A DNA stretch of 51,743 nt from Pseudomonadota bacterium (GTDB lineage: Bacteria > Pseudomonadota > Alphaproteobacteria > ATCC43930 > CGMCC-115725): positions 1-51,743 of the forward strand of contig JBKOVT010000120.1 in the NCBI GenBank assembly GCA_046724035.1, written 5' to 3'. Under the pieces are notes generated by a model. The model made no database searches. It had not been told where the DNA came from and worked only from the letters and a program-made list of their open reading frames with translations. The position numbers were made by a program, and so were the translations under genes. Numbering within the stretch: position 1 is the stretch's first letter; each line of letters opens with the position of its first letter. Positions 28,041-37,056 of this stretch are shown one piece after another.

Positions 28041-28288
28041 GCTGGCAGTCGCCTGGCGCTCTCCCACAAATCCGGCAGCCCGGTATCGGCAGGTGCTCGT
28101 CGATCAGCCGCGCGAGACTGACCCCGACCGAGTGGCAGGCGACTTCGAGCAATCACCGCTAAAGAATGACTGCTCTTGGCGCTTAGCAGACGCTTAGGCT
28201 GGAGATCGCTCGCTTCCGGTTTTGCTCCAAACCGGACCTCCACGAAGGATACGAAGACACCTGCCCCCCGCGAGGATGCTGCGTCGTC

Positions 28289-29269
28289 TCATTCGATAAC
28301 CTCATCGGCGCGCGCGAGGAGCGGTTCCGGCACGCGTAGGCCGATCGCCTTCGCGGTCTGCTGGTTTATCACCAGCTCAAACTTGGTGGGCTGTTCAATC
28401 GGTAAATCGGCGGGACTGGCGCCGCGCAGCAGCGTGTCGACAAGCACCGGCGGCGCGCTCGAAATTGTAGCGGATTATTGGTCCATAGGAGAGCAATCCC
28501 CCGGCTTCTACGTACTCGCGCATCGGGTAGACTGTGGGCACTCGGTAATGGATGGCCAGGCGGTGATACGCTGCCGCTTTCGAATGTTAAAGCTCCGAAC
28601 TGCACGACCACCGCGCCGTCCCCGTCCGCAGCCGCTGCTGCGAAGGTCTCGCCCAGCTCTGCGGGACGGCTGGCATGGCGGATAATGATTTTCAGCCCGA
28701 GCTCTGTGGATATAGAGGTCGGGGGCCTGACGTAGCCAGGATTTCGCGCTCACCGATCACCGATACGCGGATGGCTTCGGGGACCAACTCGTGTGCTAAC
28801 TCGATCAGCTTCGGCTGGAGTTCGCCGGTTATGGAAGTGGTCCCGGTTACGTTGCCTCCCGGGCGGGCAAGACTTGCCGCTCCGCTCCCGTCGAGAGCTG
28901 CGTTGTCAATGAGATCAGCAACATCAGCGCAACGAGCGGCAGTAGCCGTCGTATTCTCGCGCCTGTGCAGCAGATGCTTCTCACTCGACCACCTCGTCGG
29001 CACGGGCGACCACGCCGCTCCTACTGCGGCGTCCCAAAATCGCCGTGCTGTTTCAAGCGCCGGCGGAATAACGCCAAGTTCTGCCGTTGCCAACCTGCTT
29101 GACCGCCCGCCGCGCTTCCAATTGACCGAGCGCATAACGGATTGACCGGAATGAAAGTAAGACGCCCTTTTCCATTAGTGCGCTGCGTATGCCCGCTTAC
29201 CGCTCTGCGGGCCGCACCTCGTCGGCAGCAGGCAGCGTGATCAGCCCAGGCCGGTGCTGCGTGGCTCAA
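28289..29269 (-). pseudogene. ABC transporter substrate-binding protein (ABC_sub_bind family), frameshifted
   Basis: The minus strand gives ...SLARPGGNVTGTTSITGELQPKLIELAHELVPEA... and the canonical end [41 protein letters not shown], stopping at 28289-28291. The frame is broken several times in between. Confidence 0.75.
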
Positions 29270-29486
29270 CCAGGCGCTCGCTCCGGCTGAGCGTCACGCG
29301 GCCGTAACGCTCTCAGGTGAGGGTGATTTTTGGGTCCGAGCGGCGGATTATTCGAGCTCTGGAGAATTATTGTGGAAGCGGGGCCATTTTTCCGCATGGC
29401 AGGGTTCGAAGGATTTCCTGCATTTTAAGGTTAATACGCCATTAAGATTGAGACGCTACGCATCTCTCGCAACGAGGCGAGGGCAG

Positions 29487-29939
29487 ATGAGCGACCACTA
29501 TCTTCAAGTGATCTCGTTGGTCGAGCGGCTTCATCGGCAATTTCTTGAAGTCGTGAAACTTGAGCTCGACGCGCTAAGAATTCACGAGGTGAACAACGTG
29601 CAAGCACTAATGCTGTTCAACATGGGCGACGCTGAGATATCGGTCGGCGAGTTAACATTGCGCGGTTATTATCTCGGCTCAAACGTATCCTATAACGTTA
29701 AGAAGTTGTCCGAGACGGGTTACCTCGTGGCCGAGCGCTCGGCGCATGATCGCCGCTCGATCCGCGTTCGGCTGACGTCAAAGGGGCGCAACTTGCGGAT
29801 TCGGCTCTCCGAAATGCTTAACCGGCACATCGACATGCTGGCTGAAAGTCAGATCAAGGATAAGGATCTCCAAATCGCGGTTGCGACCCTTCAGCGGCTT
29901 GAGCGGTTCTGGCTGCGGCCCGGCGCCCCCAGCGCTTAG
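29487..29939 (+). CDS. MarR-family winged-helix transcriptional regulator
   Basis: VGELTLRGYYLGSNVSYNVKKLSETGYLVAERSAHDRRSIRVRLTSKGRNL is a typical MarR wHTH plus wing. Lower-GC gene. Confidence 0.75.
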   Translation: MSDHYLQVISLVERLHRQFLEVVKLELDALRIHEVNNVQALMLFNMGDAEISVGELTLRGYYLGSNVSYNVKKLSETGYLVAERSAHDRRSIRVRLTSKGRNLRIRLSEMLNRHIDMLAESQIKDKDLQIAVATLQRLERFWLRPGAPSA

Positions 29940-30139
29940 CCTTCAAGAAGGCGCCATTCCCCAGAGGCCTGGAACTCCGCAGCGCTGCCAGTGAAGGTGT
30001 CGACTTCATTTCCTTGATCGTCCGTTATCAGGACCGAACCCGACATCCCATCCTCGGAAATTTCTATTACTTCGCCGATGAATGTCCCGAAGAGGGCATC
30101 TGCCATAATCCACTTCTGTCCCAGGACAAATTCTTGCAT
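29936..30139 (-). CDS. hypothetical small acidic protein (67 aa)
   Basis: Internal ATG of ORF 29936..30280; low GC; convergent with the MarR gene (4-nt overlap). Confidence 0.35.
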   Translation of the reverse strand: MQEFVLGQKWIMADALFGTFIGEVIEISEDGMSGSVLITDDQGNEVDTFTGSAAEFQASGEWRLLEG

Positions 30140-30438
30140 TAACTTTGCCGACAATGCCTCGGACTCTTGGGGACGAGGCGGATGATTATGGCCGGTTGAG
30201 AGCGTTACCAACGAATTCGTGCAAAAGCATTCAAATTTTGCGTTAATTTTTATCGACGCGCAAAGTCGGCCGGGTTTCAAAGCCGGGTGGGGTCGTCTTC
30301 GTTTACAGGATTCGCCTTGATAATCGCTCCGTCCCGTACCGCCAAAGGCCCGGGCTGCTACTGCCAGCTAGGTTTTTCTCGTTTCGTCACCACCGCACCG
30401 CCTGCAGAGATAGGTAATCTGTCGAAAGTGAGACTTGG

Positions 30439-30582
30439 CTAACGATCCCATGTTTGTTTTGTAATCTCGAATTCTACGTGCTGCTGTGCCGGCTTGTATT
30501 GCAGCATGGCGGCACCGGCCAGAATGCACCCGCTGATGAAAACGCTCACGATGCTGACGGTGATAATAAGAGCTCTGCGCAT
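30439..30582 (-). CDS. possible small lipoprotein (47 aa)
   Basis: GGAGGTGAGCAC precedes the ATG. MRRALIITVSIVSVFISGC carries a lipobox-like ISGC. Below the ORF-track size cut-off. Confidence 0.4.
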   Translation of the reverse strand: MRRALIITVSIVSVFISGCILAGAAMLQYKPAQQHVEFEITKQTWDR

Positions 30583-30730
30583 GTGCTCACCTCCGCGCCG
30601 GCCCCTAACACGGTGATCGTTAACGAGCGGTAAGGCTGGATAGCGCGTTTTCGCTACGGCAGGCGCGCCTATACTCCTAATCAGGAAATGAGGTATGTAT
30701 CGCTACGCACTCCACCGCACGAGGATCATC

Positions 30731-31246
30731 ATGCCGAGAGGCCGTCCGCCGGGAAGACCGGGCAAGACAGCAGCGCGCAAAACAGCAGCGCGGAGAGGCA
30801 CGGCTCGCAAGGCGCCAGCGCGAAGAACCGCAGCCCGGAAGACGACAGCGCGTAAAACGGCAGCGCGCAAAACAGCAACCCGCCGGAATACCGGCGCCCG
30901 AAAAACCGCAGCCCGCCGAACCACAGTTCGAAAGACCGCAGCCCGCAAGGCGCCGGCGCGCAGAACCGCAGCTCGGAAGACCGCAACGCGTAGACCAGCA
31001 ACGCGGCGCACCGCAGCTCGGAAGACTACCGTCCGCAAGACACCAACGCGGCGCACCGCAGCTCGGAAGACCGCAACGCGGAAGCCCGCACGTCGCAACA
31101 CAACAGCGCGCAAGTCTCCCCTGACAAGGCGGCGTAGAACGCCGAAAATCAGCCCGCCGGAACTGCTTCCCACCGAACGATCGCAGGACGAGGAGCAGCG
31201 ATCGGAGCTGACGCCTCGAGAAGAGCTACCGCCCGAGGAGACCTGA
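30731..31246 (+). CDS. histone-H1-like / AlgP-like basic repeat protein
   Basis: GAGGA RBS. MPRGRPPGRPGK is followed by about 25 degenerate (T)AARK(T)/AARR units and an acidic C-terminal tail. The antisense ORF 30703..31386 is a shadow. Confidence 0.75.
   Translation: MPRGRPPGRPGKTAARKTAARRGTARKAPARRTAARKTTARKTAARKTATRRNTGARKTAARRTTVRKTAARKAPARRTAARKTATRRPATRRTAARKTTVRKTPTRRTAARKTATRKPARRNTTARKSPLTRRRRTPKISPPELLPTERSQDEEQRSELTPREELPPEET
30757..31128 (+). repeat. degenerate 15-nt-period coding tandem repeats (AARKT units)
   Basis: Repeated gcagc(g/c)cg(c/g)aa(a/g)ac-type units are visible throughout the gene body. Confidence 0.7.
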
Positions 31247-31659
31247 GCGCGCGGCTTTTTGATGCCCCGCTCCTTACCGTCGCCGCTTCTTCGCCAGATC
31301 AACACGCGCGCGAAATTAGCCCAGCAAATTTGCTGCGTCGTTCGCATGCGACCAGGCGCTTCACCGCCGGTGTACCGAGAAGACAACGATGCCCAGAATG
31401 ACGGGGATCGTGATCATCGCGTTACCCAGTCCATCACCCCCGAAGCCAGCAGCGGGACCGTGGCGCGTCGCTGTGGGCGACGGCGCGTATTCTTTCGGTT
31501 AATCCATTGCAGCGGTAGAGTGCGGTGCCCGGACGCTTCGGTCTCCCTTTGTGTGCTGGGCTCTGTAGTGACCTTGGCCGGGCGAGCTAACCTCAGCAGT
31601 TCGCCCGGTCCATTTTTGCGGATAGCACAACCTTAACTTCTGCCCCGTACGTTCAAGGT

Positions 31660-31941
31660 ATGGCGCTCCTACGCACCATGACGGAAGACCTGGCATTGAA
31701 GATGCTCAAACGCGAGGGCATAGCCGCGATTTGGCGGCTTCATTTGGCGGCAGCCGCGGCACACCGGGAAGGGTATTCGGGTTCTGCGGCTTCCATTGCC
31801 CAAATCGCTGAAGCCGCTGAGGAGGCGTGGTTACGCGCCGAGGAGGCGCGACAAACTGGCCGGCCTGTTGGTTGCGCCGCTCCGAAAATACCTCCTGAGC
31901 CGTGCGGTTATCGGGCTGCCAATATTGCCGGTAGCCTATAA
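31660..31941 (+). CDS. small conserved hypothetical, paralog family C (copy 1)
   Basis: GIAAIWRLHLAAAAAHREGYSGSAASIAQIAEAAEEAWLRAE aligns with GISGIWRLHVAAADAHRTGHPQSAGIVLEIAEVAEEVWMKAE at 49165..49452. Confidence 0.5.
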   Translation: MALLRTMTEDLALKMLKREGIAAIWRLHLAAAAAHREGYSGSAASIAQIAEAAEEAWLRAEEARQTGRPVGCAAPKIPPEPCGYRAANIAGSL

Positions 31942-32375
31942 AACCCGGCGCGGCCTGAAAGTAGCCGAAGGGCTGATCCCTCGAAATTGCGGGATAAAGC
32001 TCGCGGTCTCCGGACTGCCGATGGTGAACATTTGAGATCAACAAGCCCGAAGGTCGGCATCGAGCAAAACTGCCGCACGCGCCTAAACCGGACCGGGACA
32101 GTAATGTGATCCGACAAAAATGAGTAGCCGGGCGTGATGCGTTGGGGGGATGCACGCCCGGCCAATTTCGCCCGGAGAGGATGAGGGATCCTCGGGGCAG
32201 CGCTTGCGTGCGGCTCAAGCCTCCGCTTAATTCACACTCATTCAGAGCATGATTATCGCTGTTCCGGCATGATGTAGATCAGAGGGCGCGAAATGCCAGC
32301 CCCAGCATGCGTCAGGTGCCCGCAATCGCCCGCGCCACTGACGGCAATGCAAAAGCTATCTATTACACAGGCCAA

Positions 32376-33035
32376 CTAGGCAGTCGCAACCTTCCGGGCG
32401 GATGCGCTCCTTCTCGCCGCCCGGATGGAAGACTTCCGAGACCGATTGCTGGCCGTCTTCGCGCTCGTTCTGAGACTCGTTCTGGTATTGCTTTTGCGAC
32501 CAGAATTTGCGGGGCCGGTCTTCCTCGCGCTGGTTCTGCCTTTAGCTTTCTTGGCAATGGATCCAGTCTTCCTCGCGCCGATAGTGCTGCGCCGTGGAGA
32601 CGATTTCTCGGGTTTCGTTACGGATAGCGCTCCGGGTCTTGCCCCCTGGGGTGAGCGTTTGCGACCAAGCCCTGTCGATTTGGCGAGTTGGGAGCGCCGC
32701 TCGGAATAGTTGGGAGCGGTCATCGGATAGTCTGAAAGCAGTCTCCAGCGACTTCTATATTCGGCGACCGACAGCCCATGCCTGGACTGCAAGTGCTTTT
32801 TGAGCATTTGGCCCCTGTATCCGCATTCGATGCAGATGATGTGGTCAGGCCGAACAGAGCGTCGCACCGACACTGCCGGAACACGAGATAGTTCTTCTAC
32901 AACCTCCTTGCCGAGACCCGTAAGTGTCGAATGGACAGCATTGATCAGGCCGGAGATCTGGTCGGTTGCAATTGGGTTGTGCCGGACGTAAGCCGCCACG
33001 ATCTCAGTCGTGAGATGTTGCTTTTCGGCAATCAT
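32376..33035 (-). CDS. mucR: MucR/Ros-family zinc-finger regulator with a long basic C-terminal extension
   Basis: MIAEKQHLTTEIVAAYVRHNPIATDQISGLINAVHSTL...PAVSVRRSVRPDHIICIECGYRGQMLKKHLQSRHGLSVAEYRSRWRLLSDYPMTAPNYSERRSQLAK, then a tail of about 85 aa rich in K/R/S/T. Confidence 0.85.
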   Translation of the reverse strand: MIAEKQHLTTEIVAAYVRHNPIATDQISGLINAVHSTLTGLGKEVVEELSRVPAVSVRRSVRPDHIICIECGYRGQMLKKHLQSRHGLSVAEYRSRWRLLSDYPMTAPNYSERRSQLAKSTGLGRKRSPQGARPGALSVTKPEKSSPRRSTIGARKTGSIAKKAKGRTSARKTGPANSGRKSNTRTSLRTSAKTASNRSRKSSIRAARRSASARKVATA

Positions 33036-33193
33036 GGCGGAAATTCCTCTTAGGACTTGCTGGTCGTGCAATCTTGAAGCATGTCCGCCGATATGAGCGG
33101 GGTCGGTTGGAAAATCAACCTCCGCTGAATACTCAAAATGTTCCAGGCTGGCATTTAGTCGGCATGCTACGTCTCGGAGAAAGGAGGAATTCA
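33036..33193. promoter_or_regulatory. divergent promoter region between the two MucR genes
   Basis: 158-bp lower-GC intergenic spacer between divergent starts. A strong AAGGAGG RBS precedes 33194. No motif could be verified by eye. Confidence 0.25.
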
Positions 33194-33618
33194 ATGGCTG
33201 ACGCGCAATCGACTGCATCGGTCAATCGGGAACTCGCCGCAAGAATTGTGGCTGCATATGTCGGCGCAATCAGGTGCGTTCCGAGCAGATCCCCGTCTTA
33301 ATTTTGACGGTTCATCAGGCACTCGCCGGTCTAGCGAAACCCGAACCTGAAGATGTCGGTCCCAGGACACCCGCAGTCTCGATCCGCCAATCTGTTCGAC
33401 CTGATTACCTTGTGTGCCTTGAATGCGGACGACGCTCTAAAATGCTGCGTCGACATTTAGTAGACGCCCACGGGCTGAGCACGGACGAATATCGGACGTG
33501 TTGGAAACTACGAAGTGATTACCCAATGGTTGCTCCTGCATACAGCGAGCACCGGTCTGGATTGGCAAAGCAGTTTGGTCTGAGCCGCGGTGGACGAAAA
33601 TCGGCCACCATCTGTTAA
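33194..33618 (+). pseudogene. MucR/Ros-family regulator, second copy, frameshifted
   Basis: MADAQSTASVNRELAARIVAAYVGA, frame lost at AA 33268-33269, then VRSEQIPVLILTVHQALAGL...PAVSIRQSVRPDYLVCLECGRRSKMLRRHLVDAHGLSTDEYRTCWKLRSDYPMVAPAYSEHRS. Confidence 0.8.
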
Positions 33619-33695
33619 GGCGGAGCAGACTGCGGCGTCCGAGCAACCAATGAGTCGACGCAACTGTCCGCGATCAATTGGCGCGTCGAATTAGA

Positions 33696-34866
33696 CTACT
33701 GAGCAGACCCCTCGATTCGAACACGTTCTCGGGGCGGTAAATTGACCGGACGATACGACGGGTCTGCGTCAAAGCGCTCGAATACCGAGTAATGCACGCG
33801 GGAGCCGTCGTCGATCCGTCGTGGCTCGCAAAGCGGCAGATACAATCCCAATAGGGAAGGACGCCGCGGCCAGTCGCGCCACTTCACCCGCTTCGGTATG
33901 ATCTCCAGCCGCTTCCAGCCGATGGTCATCGAGTTGTGCAGCTTCGCCGTAAAGCTCGGCGTGACATAGGTCCGTGTGCTGCCCTGTCGCTCCTGCCCGA
34001 GCACAAGATGATTATACATTGATCGGTTGATTTGAAGGCCGTGCTCGACCGCTTCCTCGATCAACCATCCCAGGGGATATTTGGCGGGGCCGCTCTCAGT
34101 CTCGGAGTAGCCGCCTCCGATGTCGGCGTGCACACCTGCGAACCATACTTGTTTGATGTCCTGCGGGCGCACATTGATATTGTCGAACGCGTTTGGTTGA
34201 TAATTTTGCGGCTCGGCCCAACGATTGATCCGAAACATTCTGCGCCGCTCGTCGATGGCGATTGCTTGCCGAAAAATTTCCACGCGGGTTTGTGCGCGTG
34301 TAGGGGAGCGCTTGTAGGCTTGGGAGGTATAGGCGGTCAGGGCGAGGGACAATCACGGAACTTACGGTATGCCAGACGCCTATAAGCTTGATCGGCACAC
34401 GCCGGGTCCCAATGACTCGTTCGAACCCCCATGCAATCTCGAACTCCCCTTCCTGGGCAGCCCGCTTGTAGGCGGTCAAGGCGTAGGAGGCGAGATCGCG
34501 TTGCGGACGCTCCAGCAGGCCGATGAGGTATAGGAAACCCGCAAGAACGCGCATCGTGTATGCGCCGCGGCTGAAGCCGAAAAGATAAACTTGGTCGCCT
34601 TCTGCATACGTGTCGATCAGGAAACGATATGCGCAGAGAACGTCCTCATCCAGGCCATAGCCAGTAAGTAGTCCCCAGACGCCGAGCGCATCGCTTTTCA
34701 AGCGGGACCACGCCTCGCTGTCGCTGATTGTGCCGACACCCGGATGGTAGAAGACCACTTGGTCCTCATTCTTGCGGACGATCCGGTATAGCTTCAGGAC
34801 ATTCGACAGGTTGGCCTCGACCTCATTCCCGGTGCCGTCGCAGCAGATGACGATGTTCTTGGGCAT
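33696..34866 (-). pseudogene. DUF2235 (Tle1-like) alpha/beta hydrolase, frameshifted
   Basis: MPKNIVICCDGTGN, LFGFSRGAYT, GVWHTVSSV, then a frame change near 34281-34290 into VEIFRQAIAIDERRRMF...WFAGVHADIGGGY...PLGWLIEEA. Confidence 0.8.
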
Positions 34867-35014
34867 CAGCAGGACCCGTCAGAACGACGAAGAGACTTCG
34901 TATTCTAAACTCGCGGTCCCTTCGGACGATGATCCAAATGATGAAGGCGGCAATCACGACGGCAATAAACAGGGCGACAAAAGGCAGTCCATCCGTTGCG
35001 GGACCGATAGGCAC
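34823..35014 (-). CDS. possible small membrane protein upstream of the DUF2235 gene
   Basis: One TM helix (LPFVALFIAVVIAAFIIWIIV). Overlaps the DUF2235 start by 44 nt. ORF evidence only. Confidence 0.2.
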   Translation of the reverse strand: MPIGPATDGLPFVALFIAVVIAAFIIWIIVRRDREFRIRSLFVVLTGPADAQEHRHLLRRHRE

Positions 35015-35229
35015 CGGCAGAGCAGTATTTGGTCGCCTCAGCGGGTTAAGCGGGTGTCATGCACCAATTGCGACAGCGATTTTTTATCCAACTGATGCAG
35101 GCAGTCGGACAGCTTCGCGTCCGCGCGTGTGGAACCGCCGACCGGGAATGCCCGACTGTGGCAGGCCTACGGCATGTGATAGCACCGAGTCACCGCGGCG
35201 TTCGGAGTGAGTAGTGCGGCTCACCTGTA

Positions 35230-35512
35230 TGAATGGGGACGACCAGCAAGGTTGACGCTGGTTTAGGAGCGCGAACGGGCGTCGCGGGCCAGTTATCCCC
35301 ATCCCCGCGATTCACAGGGGATAGATGGCCGGTCATCCTTTCCGCAGGTGGAAATCCAACGTGGCAAATCCCACCTTCGGCTTATCGGCGGTGCCGAACT
35401 CGTTGAGATGATCTTCAAGCATTACGAGAAGTTTGAGCCGGCGATAAAGACGCTGCTGTCGTTGAAGAACAGCTACATACCAGCCGCCATAATGGGCGCG
35501 GCGGCTGGTTGA
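35230..35512 (+). pseudogene. Mrr-like restriction endonuclease remnant
   Basis: ...PRDSQGIDG... fused to ...HLRLIGGAELVEMIFKHYEKFEPAIKTLLSLKNSY, a typical Mrr_cat C-terminal end. The core between the two is deleted. Confidence 0.4.
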
Positions 35513-35579
35513 ATTCGCGCCATCCGACTATGCAGTTTCGTGGCACATTGGATTATGGAAAGCGCCCCGCGACGATTCT

Positions 35580-35833
35580 AGGTTCGGCGGTACTGTAGAT
35601 CGGCCGCTTACTGAAGCGCTGAAGGCTCTCCTCGGGTGCACTACCGCGCTCGACTGGCGTTGGGAAAAGACTCCGCGCGGAGTCTTGATCGTGGGCCAGA
35701 TAGGCCGGATCGGGTCAAGCGAAGCTTCCTTTGGGCACCCCTCACTTACGGCGATCGCTCAGTGCGCCCGGGGTCCACCGGCTCGCCTCGAATGCCCTGG
35801 GATAGAGCAGCCCCGGCCCAGAGAAGGTTCCTT
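35580..35833 (+). repeat. ~255-nt non-coding element, copy 1 (candidate structured RNA or MITE-like repeat)
   Basis: Collinear with 39571-39831 from aggttcggcggtactgtagatc to gagaaggttcctt. Indels are not multiples of 3 and no ORF is shared. Internal hairpins are described in the findings. Confidence 0.6.
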
Positions 35834-36158
35834 ATGGCCCCCCCACCCTCCACTTACGGCAGCGTGCTGGCGCACCCGGGTCCCGGCTGCTCAGCCCGCG
35901 CATAAGCCGACGAGCAACACGGCGATAATCAGTAAGCAACCGCGGGTGATCAACCTCGGTGATCCGGTTGCGCCCTCGCGCTTACTACTACCACCTAGCC
36001 CGCTCACCACCAGACCTGTTAACGCTGAAATAACAACAAAGCTCTGCCGGTTCTCGACGCTACGTTGTAGGATTTAGACAAGCTCTGCGGCGCGAGACGC
36101 AGCAGTAGTAAGCAACAATTCATTGACGCCCTTAAGGGCTGCTCCGGGGAGGTGCCGC

Positions 36159-36254
36159 ATGTCATTGCTCGACATCGCAGTGATCGGCTTCATGTCCTTC
36201 ATCGCGCTCACCGCGGTCGGACTGATTTCCCTTCTTACCGTCTATCGTCATTAA
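36159..36254 (+). CDS. possible 31-aa membrane peptide
   Basis: GGGGAGG precedes the ATG. MSLLDIAVIGFMSFIALTAVGLISLLTVYRH. Confidence 0.35.
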   Translation: MSLLDIAVIGFMSFIALTAVGLISLLTVYRH

Positions 36255-36854
36255 GGATGCCCCCGCTCACCACGTAATCGGCTCCCGCGCGCCGCATTCC
36301 GTACAGCGCAGCAGCCGCGTCCCTGGCGCAAAAGCCCCGAGTGTGTTGCTGCGGCTCGTATTTAGTGCAACGGCCCGCTCGGCGGCGCTTGTAGAGTCGC
36401 TATCGCCAGCCGGACACGAAGCATCAGAAGCACGCGGTCGGCATCCCGCCGATCCAGCGCCCGATCAGGTGTCGGCTGAGTGGCCTCCTGTAGCGCTTAC
36501 ATAAAATTACAATTCCTGACGCGCCGCCCGTCCGCCCATCCCTTCGCGAAGCACCTGTGCGGTTTGGGGGCAGTCCAAGCCGCCCGGTGCCGCCGTCTAG
36601 CCAGCGGGATTTTGGACACCGAAGTGGCGCGCCGGCTTTTGGAGCTGGCGGTCGAGTTTGATGATCGGGCAGTTGCGGAGGAAGCGCGGTCGCCATTGCT
36701 GTCCTAGGGCAGGCATGGCGCTAGCCGCCATGCGTTGAGTCGGGACCCGGCCGGAAGCGCCGCAGCGGGCGGGCCGGCTTCGAGATCGTGCGGCCGTCAG
36801 AACGAGCTTCGGGCTAGAGTAAACTACCGAGATCGCGAGGCGAGATCGCGACGA

Positions 36855-36974
36855 ATGACTTGGACGAAAGCCGTGATCTTTGCCGTCCTGATTGTGACCG
36901 CGATCATCGTAGTAACCTACTACCGCAAGCTTCGTAGGACGCGCGGTCAGCGAAGCTCAGCCGAGCGACGCTAG
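36855..36974 (+). CDS. possible 39-aa membrane peptide
   Basis: MTWTKAVIFAVLIVTAIIVVTYYRKLRRTRG...; internal ATG of ORF 36735..36974. Confidence 0.3.
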   Translation: MTWTKAVIFAVLIVTAIIVVTYYRKLRRTRGQRSSAERR

Positions 36975-37056
36975 TCGGATATGAGAACCGGCCGCTCGCG
37001 ATTAGGAGACCATCGCCAGACCTTTTTACTTTCCAGAAACAACGAGGACATCCATC

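Noticed and set aside
28176-28685. ORF 28176..28685(+), 169 aa.
   Set aside because: It is the antisense shadow of the ABC substrate-binding pseudogene, whose canonical C-terminus (…[16 protein letters not shown]…ADEVIE) reads on the minus strand.
30757-31128. The tandem repeats were considered as a possible CRISPR-like or VNTR array.
   Set aside because: The repeats are contiguous with no unique spacers, they are in frame, and they encode the AARKT units of the H1-like protein. No CRISPR array or cas genes occur anywhere in the window.
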